A DNA stretch of 64,000 bases, taken from NCBI RefSeq assembly GCF_963921235.1, contig NC_086097.1, forward strand, positions 65,474,001 through 65,538,000, given 5' to 3'. Shown in pieces: positions 46,434-58,704 of this stretch. The position numbers and the translations under genes are program-made. The notes under the pieces are model-generated. The model was not told the DNA's origin and searched no databases. It worked only from the letters and a program-made list of their open reading frames with translations. Within the stretch, counting starts at the first letter, position 1, and each line of letters opens with the position of its first letter. The DNA is from Mobula hypostoma. Taxonomy: Eukaryota.

Positions 46434-46735
46434 CCGACATGTTGGAAATGGAATAAGGTTAGGAATTAAATGGTTGGCCACCGAGAAATTCCACTTTGGT
46501 GGATGGAGCAGAGGTGCTTGACAAAGCTGTCCCCCCAACTTACATCGGGTCTCACCAGTGTAGAGGAGGACACATCAGGAGCACTGGTTGCAATGAATGA
46601 CCCCAACATATCCACAGGTGAAGTGTTGCCTCATCAAGAAGGACTGTTTGTTGCCTTGAATAGAGATGAGGGAGGAGGTGAATGGGTAGGTGTAGCACTT
46701 TGGCCATTTGCAGGGATTATTGTTCGGAGGCAGAT
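46434..46735 (-). mobile_element. Penelope GIY-YIG endonuclease fragment
   Basis: CKWPKCYTYPF...QSFLMRQHFTCGYVGVIHCNQCS*CVLLYTGETR on the minus strand. Confidence 0.88.
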
Positions 46736-47017
46736 TAATACAGAGAATTTTTTCTATTTTGTGTTGAGATGGAAAAATGAGACCACCACAGCTGAAACTT
46801 TGCCTCATGTGGAGGTTAAGGCAACATGCAGTGAAGATGCCCCAGTGAGGAAATTAGTATGGCAGTTGTGCTGCCAGTAAGATAAGAATGTTAAATGAGC
46901 ACTGAGAGAATTTAAACAAGTAAATATATGTAAGAATATAGTTCGCTAATTATTCAGTCATGGAATGTTAATACTGTTGGAACATTCTGTAATTTTCCCT
47001 GAACTGAGATGCAGTTA

Positions 47018-47529
47018 AGGCTGATTTATACTTCTGCGTCAACTGGACGCCGTAACCAACACGTGACCTACGCACATTGTGAGCATTTATACTTGTGCGT
47101 TGGTGTGTCTGCATTGCTCTGCAATTCGGGCACGTCACGCATGCACACACACCTGCCTGCGCAAGGCTTCATGGTCATGGTAGTTTTTCTCGGGGTAAAC
47201 AAGTTTAAAGCGAGCGTCTTTTTTCATAGAAGCGAAACGTGTCCTCCATAATTTCAGAGGTCTGTAAAGCTTTATGGAAAGCATTGCAGCCAGAGTTCCT
47301 TCCCTGCCCTTCAGTCACCCAATGGGAGCTATTGCAGCGTAGGAGGAAATGCGATGCTACCAAGCAGACCAATCACAGCTGTTGTGTTCTGCGTTGTCGC
47401 GATGCGTAGTTACATTTTGGGAGAGGTGCGTGTCAGGCTATGGCATAGGGATCCGTGTAGGCTCTGTGTAGGGTTCGAAGCGACGCTGTACCTACAGCGT
47501 CGAGTTGACACAGAAGTATAAATCAGCAT
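47018..47529. mobile_element. PIF/Harbinger-type MITE
   Basis: 27 bp TIRs aggctgatttatacttctgcgtcaact / agttgacacagaagtataaatcagcat (2 mismatches); TTA TSD at 47015-47017 and 47530-47532; CpG-rich interior; no ORF. Confidence 0.92.
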
Positions 47530-47673
47530 TTAGGTGTCAACCAAATTGATGGATTTAGAGTCATACATCAGCAAGACTGGGAAAAAAAAGCAGCTTTTTT
47601 TTCTAAATTATCTAAGAGAATCAGAAATTTTTCTACAAAAAAAAGGTAACTTCATAGTTAATGTTACTGATAC

Positions 47674-48146
47674 TGTCACGTACCCCGTGACAGGGGTTAA
47701 GAAACCAGCAGAGATGGAAAAACACTTTGGAGTCTTGTATTGCTATAAACAACTAATATTTATTAGTAACTATGCAATACAGTAATATCAATGTAAATAA
47801 ATCACGCAGGTTAGCAATGATTATATATAAAAGTAAGTGTGGAATATATATGTATGAAAACCAAGCTTTTTTAAGTCTAGGGGTAAAAAAAATAGTCTTA
47901 CGATGTTGAGTAAAATCCAGTTCATGGTATTTAGTTGAGTAGTGATGGAGACAGCGAGAGAGAGCGAGAGCGAGAGAGAGAGAGAGACAGCGAGAGAGAG
48001 AGAGAGACAGCGAGAGAGACAGAGAGACAGCGAGAGAGACAGAGAGACAGCGAGAGAGACAGAGAGACAGCGAGAGACAGAGAGACAGCGAGAGACAGCG
48101 AGAGACAGAGAGACAGCGAGAGAGAGAGACAGAGAGAGAGAGAGAC

Positions 48147-48179
<33 letters not shown>

Positions 48180-48814
48180 CAGAGAGACGAGTCGAGTCGA
48201 GTCTTCAGGTGAGCTGATGCCGTCGATCTTCTCGTCGTCCTCTGAAATCCTTTACAAGTCACCGACTGTGACTTTAACCGGGGGGACCGGTCTTCTGTGG
48301 TGGAGCTATCACCCAGGCGAGGGTGGACACATAGACAACTTCCCACCAGTCAACCCCTTCTTCACCGATGGAGTAGCAATTTGGATCGATCCACCCGATC
48401 GATCCTCCAAAGCCCACTTTTCCTGCGGGCACAACAATGCTCATTCAGTGTCCAGATCATGTGTCTGAGGTCTGTATCATCTGACCTCCCATTTATTTCA
48501 CCAGGCTGAGCATCACCTGTCATTCAGAGTCCCTCCTTCCTTTGTCTGTAAAGGAGTGCACAAGCAGGCAACAAGTCCTTGAAGAAATATCAACAATTTG
48601 CCTTTGATCACCATAGCAACCTTCGAGCTGCTCGGTGCTGTCTCCATCTCCAAACTCAGTAGAAATCCAAAGTTACTTCCAATGCCTTAAAGTGACAGTC
48701 CAACTGTTAATCTTCGTCTCTCTCTCTCTCCTTTCCAAACAAACCATCAATGATGAATGTCTCTCTCTGTCTCTCTTCAAACAGTTAATAGGGGCACTCC
48801 TGGATCCTCTCACA
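47674..48814 (-). mobile_element. Solo LTR (1141 bp), probably Gypsy-type
   Basis: TGT...ACA termini; 4 bp TSD atac at 47670-47673 and 48815-48818; AATAAA on the minus strand near 47760; no adjoining internal region. Confidence 0.85.
47948..48200. repeat. Compound GA/GACA/GACAGC microsatellite inside the LTR
   Basis: Repeating gagagacagc / gagagaca units ending in (gagtc)3. Confidence 0.97.
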
Positions 48815-49684
48815 ATACTAAGTTCTCATTTAATTTTAATTTCAAGATTTATTTGTTTGTTTGATATTAAGTTCCCCTGCAACTAGTGGATATCAATCTC
48901 ATCTTCCTGGGTAAAGAGTTACTCATCTAGTGACTTGATTATTGACACTTAGTTATCAAATGTTAAATCAGACTACAATCTGACTCAGGGGGAAGAACCA
49001 CACCAACATATTAACAATTTGGGTGCACCAAATTCTGTATATGTAGCCAAACAGGAAGGTTTGATTTAATGACAACCTTATCACCTTAAAGCCAAATTTT
49101 TGTCAGATCAGAGCCTCCTCTTGCTCCTAATTCTTATGTTCATTTGATACCACTGCAATATTTTACAATGAACTAATGGATGGCAAGGGACTTGTAAACA
49201 GACATCTGGAGAGAAATGTGAATGAATAATTGTGGTGACAGCAGATCACAACAGATTTTGCAGGTAGAATTATGATGGGTAAATCAGAATCAGATTTATT
49301 ACCACTATCATATGACATGAAAGCTGTTATTTTGTGGCAGCAATTGCTTATAGAATGCTGGATTGCCAGTAGGGGTTCCATTCAATGTTGATTGAACAAG
49401 TTCAGCATATTTGAAAAAGCTGGAGGGAAGGGTAGCAAAGAGGCTTAGAAGGTGTCAAAAATGTGTTTCCGTGGGCTCTACAGAAAATGGAGAAAAAGTC
49501 TGAAGAAGCTTTGGACTTACCTAAAAGGAAATCAAGCTTGTGAAAATGACAGAATAATTGGAACCCACTTAGAAGCTGGAGTAGGGATTTATATTTGCCA
49601 ACAGAACCAAGCTGAAGTTGCAATCAAAATAGCTACGCATAAGCAGTGTTACAGTAGAGAGATAATAACAATTACTACTAGAAC

Positions 49685-50180
49685 AACCTATTTATGGAGC
49701 ACTTTTCATACAAACGATGTAGTTCAAAGTGTTTTACAATGGGATAAAATGCAAACATGAAAATAAAAGACAAAATGTTAGTTGAAAGCAAGATTAAATA
49801 AATACATTTTGGGCTGCTATTTCAAAGTGCCAACTAAGTCTGCATCCCTCATAGTTTTATGTATTCAGTTTCACAGTTTAGGAGCATAGTTCAAAAAAGC
49901 TGGCCAATCAATTATCTTTTGAGGAAGATTGTTTAAATTTGAGAGACCGGCAGAAGAAGACCCGAGGGCTCAAGCAGGATTATAAAAGGCAAGCAATTCT
50001 GTAATGTACTCCGGTCCCAGACCATTGAGAGCTTTATAAACAAGTAAGAGAACTTTAAAACCAATTCCAAAAGATACAGGAAGCCAATGCAGAGTAGTTG
50101 AGATGAGAATGATATGTTCCCTTATCCTGGTTTTAGTTAAACATCTAGCAGCAGCTTTCTGAATGAACTGAAGTGGAAGA
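49685..50180 (-). mobile_element. L2-clade LINE 3' fragment
   Basis: LQFIQKAAARCLT...LHWLPVSFGIGFKVLLLVYKALNGLGPEYI (L2 C-terminus); 3' UTR tgtaaaacactttgaactacat...tgaaaagtgctccataaata. Confidence 0.92.
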
Positions 50181-52884
50181 TTAGACATTTGTAATTATAT
50201 CCAAAGTTCACCAGGATGCTAATGCAGATGACATGATTGCCATTAATGGGACCTCCATGTGCAGTTGGCTGTTGTGTTTCCTACATTACGACAGTGTCCT
50301 ATCATCAAAAGAATACTGTCTCTATCGATAGCCTTGTAGGATTTTCCAATATAATGAATGGTATTAGAAAAAGAACTTTATTTTCTTCTCCCCAAAGCCA
50401 AAATCAGACCATTTCAGGTGCCTAGGGAGGGGTTCAAAGTCAGAGGTGAAGACCATAAGATATAGGAGTATTCACCCATTGAGTTGTTCGCATTGAAGGA
50501 AGACCAGAATTGAAGGAAGATTCAGAGTTCAAGGAAGATACTGGAGGGAAAATAATCAATTTGACATATACACAATGTTTCTGATAGTGGATGTCATTCT
50601 GTTCAATTTTTTAATTGACAAAATGTCCTCTGTTTTAAAACACATTAAAACTACTTTTCCTTGAGCATATGCCATTGAAAATTATCTTTTCCTGCAGAAT
50701 GAAGCATGATAATGCTCACTTCTGGATCATTTTACAACAAACTCAGGATTTTCATTCTCACAATTCACTCTCAGAATGCCAACAAAGTATACAAGCATAA
50801 TGTCGTGGCTCAGACAATGCTTCTTTTGGTCATATCCAGGCGGATGAACCAAATTTGCCAGAGAATCTATTGTTGAGCCTTACTGATATAATTATGTTTT
50901 ACTACAGCAACAGTAAACTAGGACATCCGACAGATACTCATTGTTGATAGACCTTTTCTGCTTTGCACAGACCATTCCCACTCCCCTACCTCCAGTCTCT
51001 CATTGACTGCCAAGAACAATGCACCACATCCACCTCCCATTTCCTTCCCACTGATTCCATCCCTTGCCCAAACCTCTATGATTCCACTAGAACCTTCCCC
51101 CCCCATCAATTCTACCAGTCCCAGTTCCCCTGCTCAACATTGATTCCACTCTTGACCTGTCTACACCTCCTTCTGCATTGATCAGAATGTAGGGAGAATA
51201 AGGTTATTAGGTAGAGCATGGGAAAGCTTTGTGAGCCAAATGTGATGGATCAAAATGACCTCCATTTATGTCATAAGGGAAAAATAGTACAGTATTTTAA
51301 CCAGTTGAAGAATTGAACCCATCCAAAATATTCAATCTACCATACTTATGCCCAGCTGATCCTCACAACACTGATTCTGACAGCCCAGATTCCAATCCCA
51401 ATTCCCTCCCCTCCACAACATTCCAAATACCAGTAAGAATCTTTCTACCCACCATCCAAAAGTATAATTTTTTTTTATATTCAATCCATTTCTTTCTTCA
51501 ATTTTTCCAAATTGACAGATTTATTCCACCCCCCACCCCCCAGCTATAACACAGACCTAAGACTGCCAACCTCCTAGAACAGGCATTTTTCTCATCACTG
51601 GTAATGCCTAGCTTCAGGGCAAATGATGTTCCCAGTGAGTGGAAAGAGTAAAATAGAACTTACAAGCATGTTTCCTTAATGCTGCAAAAGATATATAGAA
51701 TCGTCCTTCTTCAGCTTTATTTTCTGGCAAAGCTACCACATGCAACAAAAGTATTTCTTTTTTTTTAAATTAGGATGTGACTGTGAGCCGAAGGAACCAA
51801 TTCTTTTTTCTCTATGGCACATATATTATTGAGACCAGCTGAAAGTTGATGTAACTAAGGCCAGATCTTAGCAATGAATGCTTGGGTAAAAAATAGCTCA
51901 TGCTGTGGCATTAATAATCATCTCCTAATGTAGTTATTAACTCAATCATTGATTGATAACCAGTAACCACTGGGAAAAAAAACAAAAAAAGAGGAAATTG
52001 TCATAATACTAACAATGAAACAAGTCATTTATGTGCCAGAACTAGGCCGTTAAGCACAATTGTGCAGTTTTAATGCCATGTTCATATGCAAAAATTCAGT
52101 TATATCTCCAGAAATTATTGTTGCATTCAATTTCTTGATGAAGATTGATTTTGTTGACTTTCACCCAACACTAGAACAAATAATCAAGAAAAACCTGGTT
52201 GCAGTTTTAAAATCTAAACTCTATTCCAGAGTAAAAGAAATTAAGCAACAATTGCTTTGAAGATGCAATGCCATACAGATTTCGAGAATAAACATTTCTA
52301 ACATAAAAGTAGAGGATGTGAAACATTCAAATGTTTGTTTTTCTTGTGAATAAAATTTGAACTTAATTAGTTATGTTTTATTCAATCTGAAGCAGGATAA
52401 ACTAAACATTTTCAAATTCACACATAGAAGATGCTAGTGAGATCAGATTTAAAGGGCAAGGGGCAAAACAAAAGCACCTACACAAGCAAAATTAATCTAT
52501 TTCAGTGAAGAGCTGCCATATTATTGAACAGACTCTTCTACAATAATGCACAATTTTAATGATTTCACTACTTTTTCTTTTAAAAGCAATTAAACTAAAA
52601 AAAAAATGAAGATAAAAAAAAGGTAATGAAGAAACATGCATATTGCTCCAAATCCTTCTCAAACTTTTATGTCAAAGTCAGAGGTAAACATACAACACAT
52701 CTGTTGCACAACATAATGTGGTTATGAAACTTCCTTTACAAAGAGCTTACATTTGTAGCTTAATTTACTTAACATGGTCTAACAGACGCCATGATCATCA
52801 TAGCCAGAAAACTACTATACTGTACTAAAACAATCATAACCCTGCTCCCTCTGCTGGATTGATACATAATTGCAGAATATTCCA

Positions 52885-54110
52885 AGTATAAAAGTAAATT
52901 TATTTCAAAGTACATACATGTCACCATATGGAACCTTGAAATTCATTGTGGATACTCTCAGTAAGTACAAGAAAAGACTGCACCCAACAGAATGGACAAA
53001 CATCCAATGTGCAAAATACAAGCTGGCAAATACAGAAAGAAAAAAAGAAATAATAATAATAAGCAATAAATATCGAAAACATGAGATGAAGCGTCCTTGA
53101 AAGTAAGTGGATAGGTTGTGGCAACATTTCAAATCAAGGGGCAAGTGAAGTTAACCACTTTAGTTCAAGAGCCTGATGGTTGAGGGGTAATAAGAGTTCC
53201 TGAACATACTGGTTTGGGTCCTGAGGCTCCTGGATATTCTTCCTGATGGCAGCAGCAAGAAAAGAGCATGACCTGGATGGTGGGAGTTCTTGATAATGGA
53301 TGCTGCTTTTCTACGACAGTACTCTGTGTAGATGTGCTCTTTGGTGGGGAGGGCATTACCCGTGATGAACTGGACCGTAACTATCACTTTTTGTAAAATT
53401 TTCCATTCAAGGGCATTAGTGTTTCCATACCAGTCTGCAATACAACCAGTGTACTCTCCACCACATATCTACAGAAGTTTGTAGAAGTTTTAGATGTCAT
53501 GTCAAATCTTTATAAACTTCTAAGTAGGGGTGCTGCCATGCTTTCTTCCAAATGGCACTTATGTGTTGGGCCCAGGATAGATCACCTGAAACGATACATC
53601 AAAGAATTTAAAGTTGCTGACCCTCTCCACCTCAGATTCCTAATGAGGACTGGGTCATGGACCTCCAGTGTCCTCCAAGATGTCATTGTTGTGGCACCAC
53701 TCAGCCAGATTTTCAGTTTCCTTTGTAATCATCTTTGATTTGGCCAACTAGGTGTGATCAGCAAATTTAAATAGGGCATTGGAGCTATGCTTAACCCACA
53801 GTCATAATTATAAAGCAAGGGACTAAGTACATAGCCTTATAGTTCATCTGTGCTGATGAAAGTTGTGGAGGAGGTGTTCTTGCCAATCTGAACCGACCTG
53901 AGCCTGCAACTGAGGAAATTGTGGATCCAATTGCACAAGGAAATATTCTGGCCAAGGTCTGGAAGCCTATTGATTAGTTTTGAGGGGATGATAGTATTGA
54001 AGGCCGAACTGCAGTCAATGAAGAGCATCCTGATGTGCATTTTCACTGTCCACATATTCCAGGGTTGAGTGAAAAGCAAATAAAATGGCATCTGCTGTTG
54101 ACCTATTGTT
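52885..54110 (-). mobile_element. Rex1/Babar LINE 3' half
   Basis: [20 protein letters not shown] and IIKNSHHPGHALFLLLPSGR...FRNSYYPSTIRLLN. Confidence 0.92.
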
Positions 54111-55894
54111 GAATTTGTATCTATATATTCAATTCTTTAATGATATTTCTTTAAAGATGTTGGAAGGCTGAGAAAAGGGATCAGTATGCAAATAGAAAAT
54201 GATAACAGCTTCTGAAGTGACTCATGATAACAGCCATTTATGTGTTGGTTTCATTGGGCATTGCCTGGCATATGCCACATTTGAACAGCATACTTGCAAG
54301 CACCTTGTAATCATGGTTCACAATCAGCATTGTCATTCAGTGCAGCAGAGTAAAATTCAACTCATTTTTCAGAGCTCATGCGTTATTGGCCACTCAGGAA
54401 CAAAAAAAAGACCCAGGAAATATTCAAGTTGGGCAGCAATAGAAATCAATGTGTCAAGTCATCAGAATTGATGAAAGAAAAAAACTTATTAAGTTTTAAG
54501 TTGTAGAGGAAGGAGGGGATCAGAGTGAGCAAAAAGAGAAAGATGTTAATGTTCGAGACCAGGAGAGAGTTAATGACAATAATGGTGCCAGTGCTGGCTG
54601 AGAGAAGATGGTGAAAGCTGATGTTTATCTGGTGGGTGTATAACTAAGAGCCAGTACTACCACCACCACTATGTCATTCTGTCTAACCTGCATTCCACTG
54701 TAACAAAAGCCTTTCCTACTGATTTTCTTCATGCTTTTCTTCTTTCTCTACAATTCAAACAATTATTACTAATTTCCATAATTCTAATCAAAAGGCATCA
54801 ACTAAAAATGTTTCATGTTTCTCTATCCAAGAAACCTGTATTTCCAGCATTTTCTATTTCAGGTTTTCAGCAGCTGCAGTACTTTGCTTTCAATTGTTCA
54901 TAAAGCAATCTGCTCTACAGAAGTGCAGTATAACAGTTACTCTTCATTCTCTGCATTCTGCTGTAAATCACCTTAGCAACTGTCAGCTCAAAAAAAACTA
55001 TTACTAATTAGCACCGAGACTTCCACTGCCTTTTGAAGGATGTATGGCCAATGCTCAAAAACTTTGGAGCTCAACCTTCAGAGGGCATGGTTGGAAAAAT
55101 CTCAAGGGCAAGCATAGATGGGTTCAGCACCAAAAATCTTAATCCTCACACTCTTGTAGCAACAATGGCTCAAACTTGACTTCACCAAGAAGCAATATCT
55201 TCAGTGTAAAACTCACAATGATGGTGAAAGAATCCAAATTCTTTTACACTATAATTCATACTCATGTCCGCATTTGCGATGCAAGTCACACAATGTTCAA
55301 GCTGATGGATAATTGCATTCTGCTGTGTCTGATCTACATATCTCCCAGTTTGCTGCTTGCTGAAGTTATTGATGCTCAAGACACTAGAGGAATGGGAAAT
55401 CCACCTTATGTAGTCAGTTTTCAGAGGAGCTTTCTCATAGTTACTACAAGATACTCTGGAAACTGACACGGAACCTTCAATCTCAAGCATTCATCGGCTA
55501 CCACTTCCTGTGGATTGTAAGCAAACGTTATACTTAATTCTTTACTGAGGAGCAAAGTTGGGTGAGGAAGAGGAGAGAAGAAAGGACAAGAAATAAAGGA
55601 GGAAAAGGAGAGGATGGGAGAGCATTTGAAGGGAGCTAGATCATGATCCACGCACTTGGGAGTGGAAGTTAAAGCAATGCAAGCAGAATGGAACCTCTGT
55701 CTGGTTGTGCATTTAAGGACCAACCAATAGATTCTCATTGTATACTTCTTGCAACACTTCTGAGCCACTTTTCATTACCTTAGAAGTATTCTTAGCTTTA
55801 TATCAAGAGAATCCATTCTATTCTATCAATCTCTTCCAATTCTTATTCCACCGACAAAATCAACAATAAAACAAGCTGAATATTGTAGGAATTT

Positions 55895-56405
55895 TCATTA
55901 AAAGACTCTGCTTCGTTAGGAGTTTGAGAAGACTTGGTATGTCACCGAAGACATTGACTTTGACAAAAGTCTCTAGCAAATTTCTATAGATGTACCATGG
56001 AGATCATTCTGACTGGTTGCATCACTGCTTAGTATGAAGATACAATGCACAAGATTGTAAGAGTCTTGAAAGTAGACACAGGTACAAACTTCAAAGGACA
56101 TCTTCAAAAGATAGTTCCCTGAGAAGGCAGTATCTATCATTAAGGACTCTAACCATCTGTGACATGCCCTCTTCTCTTTACTACCATCAAGGAGGTGGTA
56201 CAGAAGCCTGTAAACCAACACTCAGCATTTTAGGAACAACATCTTCCTCTCTGCCATCAGATTTCTGAATTACATGTGAACCATGAACACTGTCTATTCC
56301 TTCTTCACACTATTTATTTTGTTATGGTAACTTCTAGAGATTTTTTTTATGCCCGCACTGTTCTGCAGCCACAATACAAATACTACAACAAACCTGATTC
56401 TGATG
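55895..56405 (+). mobile_element. Rex1/Babar 3' fragment
   Basis: Decayed RSLRRLGMS...FYRCTMEIILTGCI...IIKDSNH...LLPSRRWYRSL; tail aaacctgattctga. Confidence 0.85.
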
Positions 56406-57027
56406 TCTAGCTCAATTTGGGGGGAAAATTACACTTACTTGATTGCACAACAATGCAATTTTGTCATTACATTTAAAAGGCGGCGGCTTCAGTCATCCAG
56501 GAGTAAATGTCCAAATTCCACTTGTCATTACAGGGAGGTTTAGGCCCTTATATAGGCTAAAGATAATTTGTTGCCACATTTGTCTGATTATGTGAGCCTA
56601 AAATCTGACATATTCACCACGAGGAATGAGAGTTTGTAAACATCTGGCTAAAGTGAGCAACAATATGGATGAATCCAGTAAAAATATTGTTGATGCAAAC
56701 TCATTGAAGACACTTCAAAATTGGAAAATTAAGGAACTTCAGAACTGGAAGTAAAAACTGCAGATCCTAGAAACCTATACAAAAATTGGCAATCCTCAGG
56801 TCGGGTGACATCTAGGTATATATTAAAAAAAAATAACATTTTAGCTTGGAGACCCTTCACCAGAAAGAGAGAACGTTTTCAAATTTCAGATTTGAGTCAG
56901 ATTATTCAATGCGGATTGACAGTTCTCCTTTAAAAAGTATAAATTCCTACTCTCTAATCCTTAACTCCTAATCTAATCTTGTATAACTTTAAGTTTAATT
57001 GTCTCTCAACCATACACATATATACAG

Positions 57028-57215
57028 CTTAAAAAAAAGTGTTCCTTCGGAACAAGGTGTAAAACAGTACATACAACCACATACAGCACACATAGCTATA
57101 ATAGCACATACAGTCACAAAATAATATTAGCACGAGTCCCTGAGTGGTATGACCTAAAGGCAGATGGTGCATGGGATGTTGCCCTGGAGTCACGTTCTGC
57201 AAGAACAAGCCACTT
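57028..57215 (-). mobile_element. Probable LINE 3' UTR fragment (Rex1-like, other subfamily)
   Basis: CA-rich block resembling LINE 3' UTRs; no protein motif. Confidence 0.4.
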
Positions 57216-58069
57216 TTGCGATAAATTAATGCAAACCCAGTCAAATACAGTGTGGTAATGATTAGAAGAAAACAGTAGATATCACATATGTGCTATTGAA
57301 TTGTGTCATTAATCTGGTCACTACTGTAAAATAAAATTGGCAAAAATTAAAAACATAATTTTACAGATGGTATGCAATTAAGTGTCTAAGTATGGTCGGA
57401 CAGCTTTTGTCCAAGAACCAAAGATCATTAGAAAGATAACGATTTTGATATAATCTTTCAGAACAAGAATAAAAGGCATCATTGTCAAAATTGAGAATAA
57501 AATTCATTTTGAAGTTAATAGCAACTCATTAGGACTTGCCAGGTTTAAAATTGTAACTGACAGATAATAAAGCAGCAAAGTAAAATTATTGCTTTGTTAT
57601 TGTTCATAAGGTAAATTGGTTCTCAGCCAATGGCTCTCGCATGAATTAATGATTAAAGGATTAAGGATAAAGGATTTTCCTTAAAGAAGCTTGACTTGTC
57701 AATTATTAAAGCAACTATCCAAGGTGCCATGGACGGTTTGTGTTTTTTCTATATGACAATTACGTTAATTTTTTTTTAAACTTTGTTTTTAAATTAGCTG
57801 TTTTGTTTCAAGGGTTTATTCTGTGTAACCTTTTAAATGGCATTAATAAAGATATTTTGGTTTCTCATTTGTTAATAAATGCACATATAATGAAAATTAT
57901 CAAAGAAGCGAATGATTTTTATTGCCCATACAATAGTTTCCCGGTGATTCCTCATTCCTCAAAGGTGGACTCTATTTTAATTCTCCACTGGCCTAAGATC
58001 TGTTGGATGGTGTCTGTAAAAACCTGCGGGGAAACTGTAGATCTTCCATGCTCTGAAAACTGTATGTTT

Positions 58070-58650
58070 AGACCCCGCATTCCTTTCTATACACACATGA
58101 CTGGGGCCAAACACCAATGCATATACAAATTCACCAGCTACACGACCAACATTGAATCAATCATATTTGGTGACAAGTCAGTGAACAGGAACAAAATCAG
58201 ACACCTGGTTGAGTGCTACTATAACAGGAAGCTCCCACTTAACATCAGTAAAACTGAAGAACTAATTGTTGACTTCAGGAATGGGAAGAAGAGTGAACAT
58301 GTTTTAGTCTACATTCAGAGATCAGTGATGGAGTCAGCAGCTTTAAATTCCTGGGCATTAACAGATTGGATGATCTGTCTGGATTTAATCACAAAGAACA
58401 TATGCCGCATCTTTACTTTTTTAAGAGGTTAATATCAGCATGTCACCTAACAGTCTAACAAGCTTGTACAGATGCACTATTAAAATATTGAAACAGATCA
58501 TTATTGCATCATGGTCTGGGTTGGCAATTCAAATGCACATGGAGCTCCAGAGAGTAATGTACTTAGCCCAATGCATCACAGGTACATCCCTCCCAATTGT
58601 TGGCAGTACCTACAGGATGTTGCAGAGAATGGCAAACACTGCCTACTACC
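58070..58650 (+). mobile_element. Rex1/Babar RT-3' fragment
   Basis: IYKFTSYTT...LVECY...LNISKTEELIVDFR and LYRCTI motifs. Confidence 0.85.
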
Positions 58651-58704
58651 ACCCCAGCCTAATTCTAACAATGGCTTACACTCAGGACTTCACAGCCAAA
58701 TTTT

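Noticed and set aside
47753..48468. Long ORFs encoding ER/ET-rich or LS-rich proteins
   Set aside because: Translation of the GA microsatellite inside the solo LTR.
55000..55500. Possible very old Penelope GIY-YIG remnant on the minus strand (GRYVDQTQQ)
   Set aside because: Similarity is too weak to support without a profile search.
57740..58432. 230 aa ORF
   Set aside because: Chance fusion of AT-rich unique sequence with a decayed Rex1 RT fragment, with a non-ATG start.
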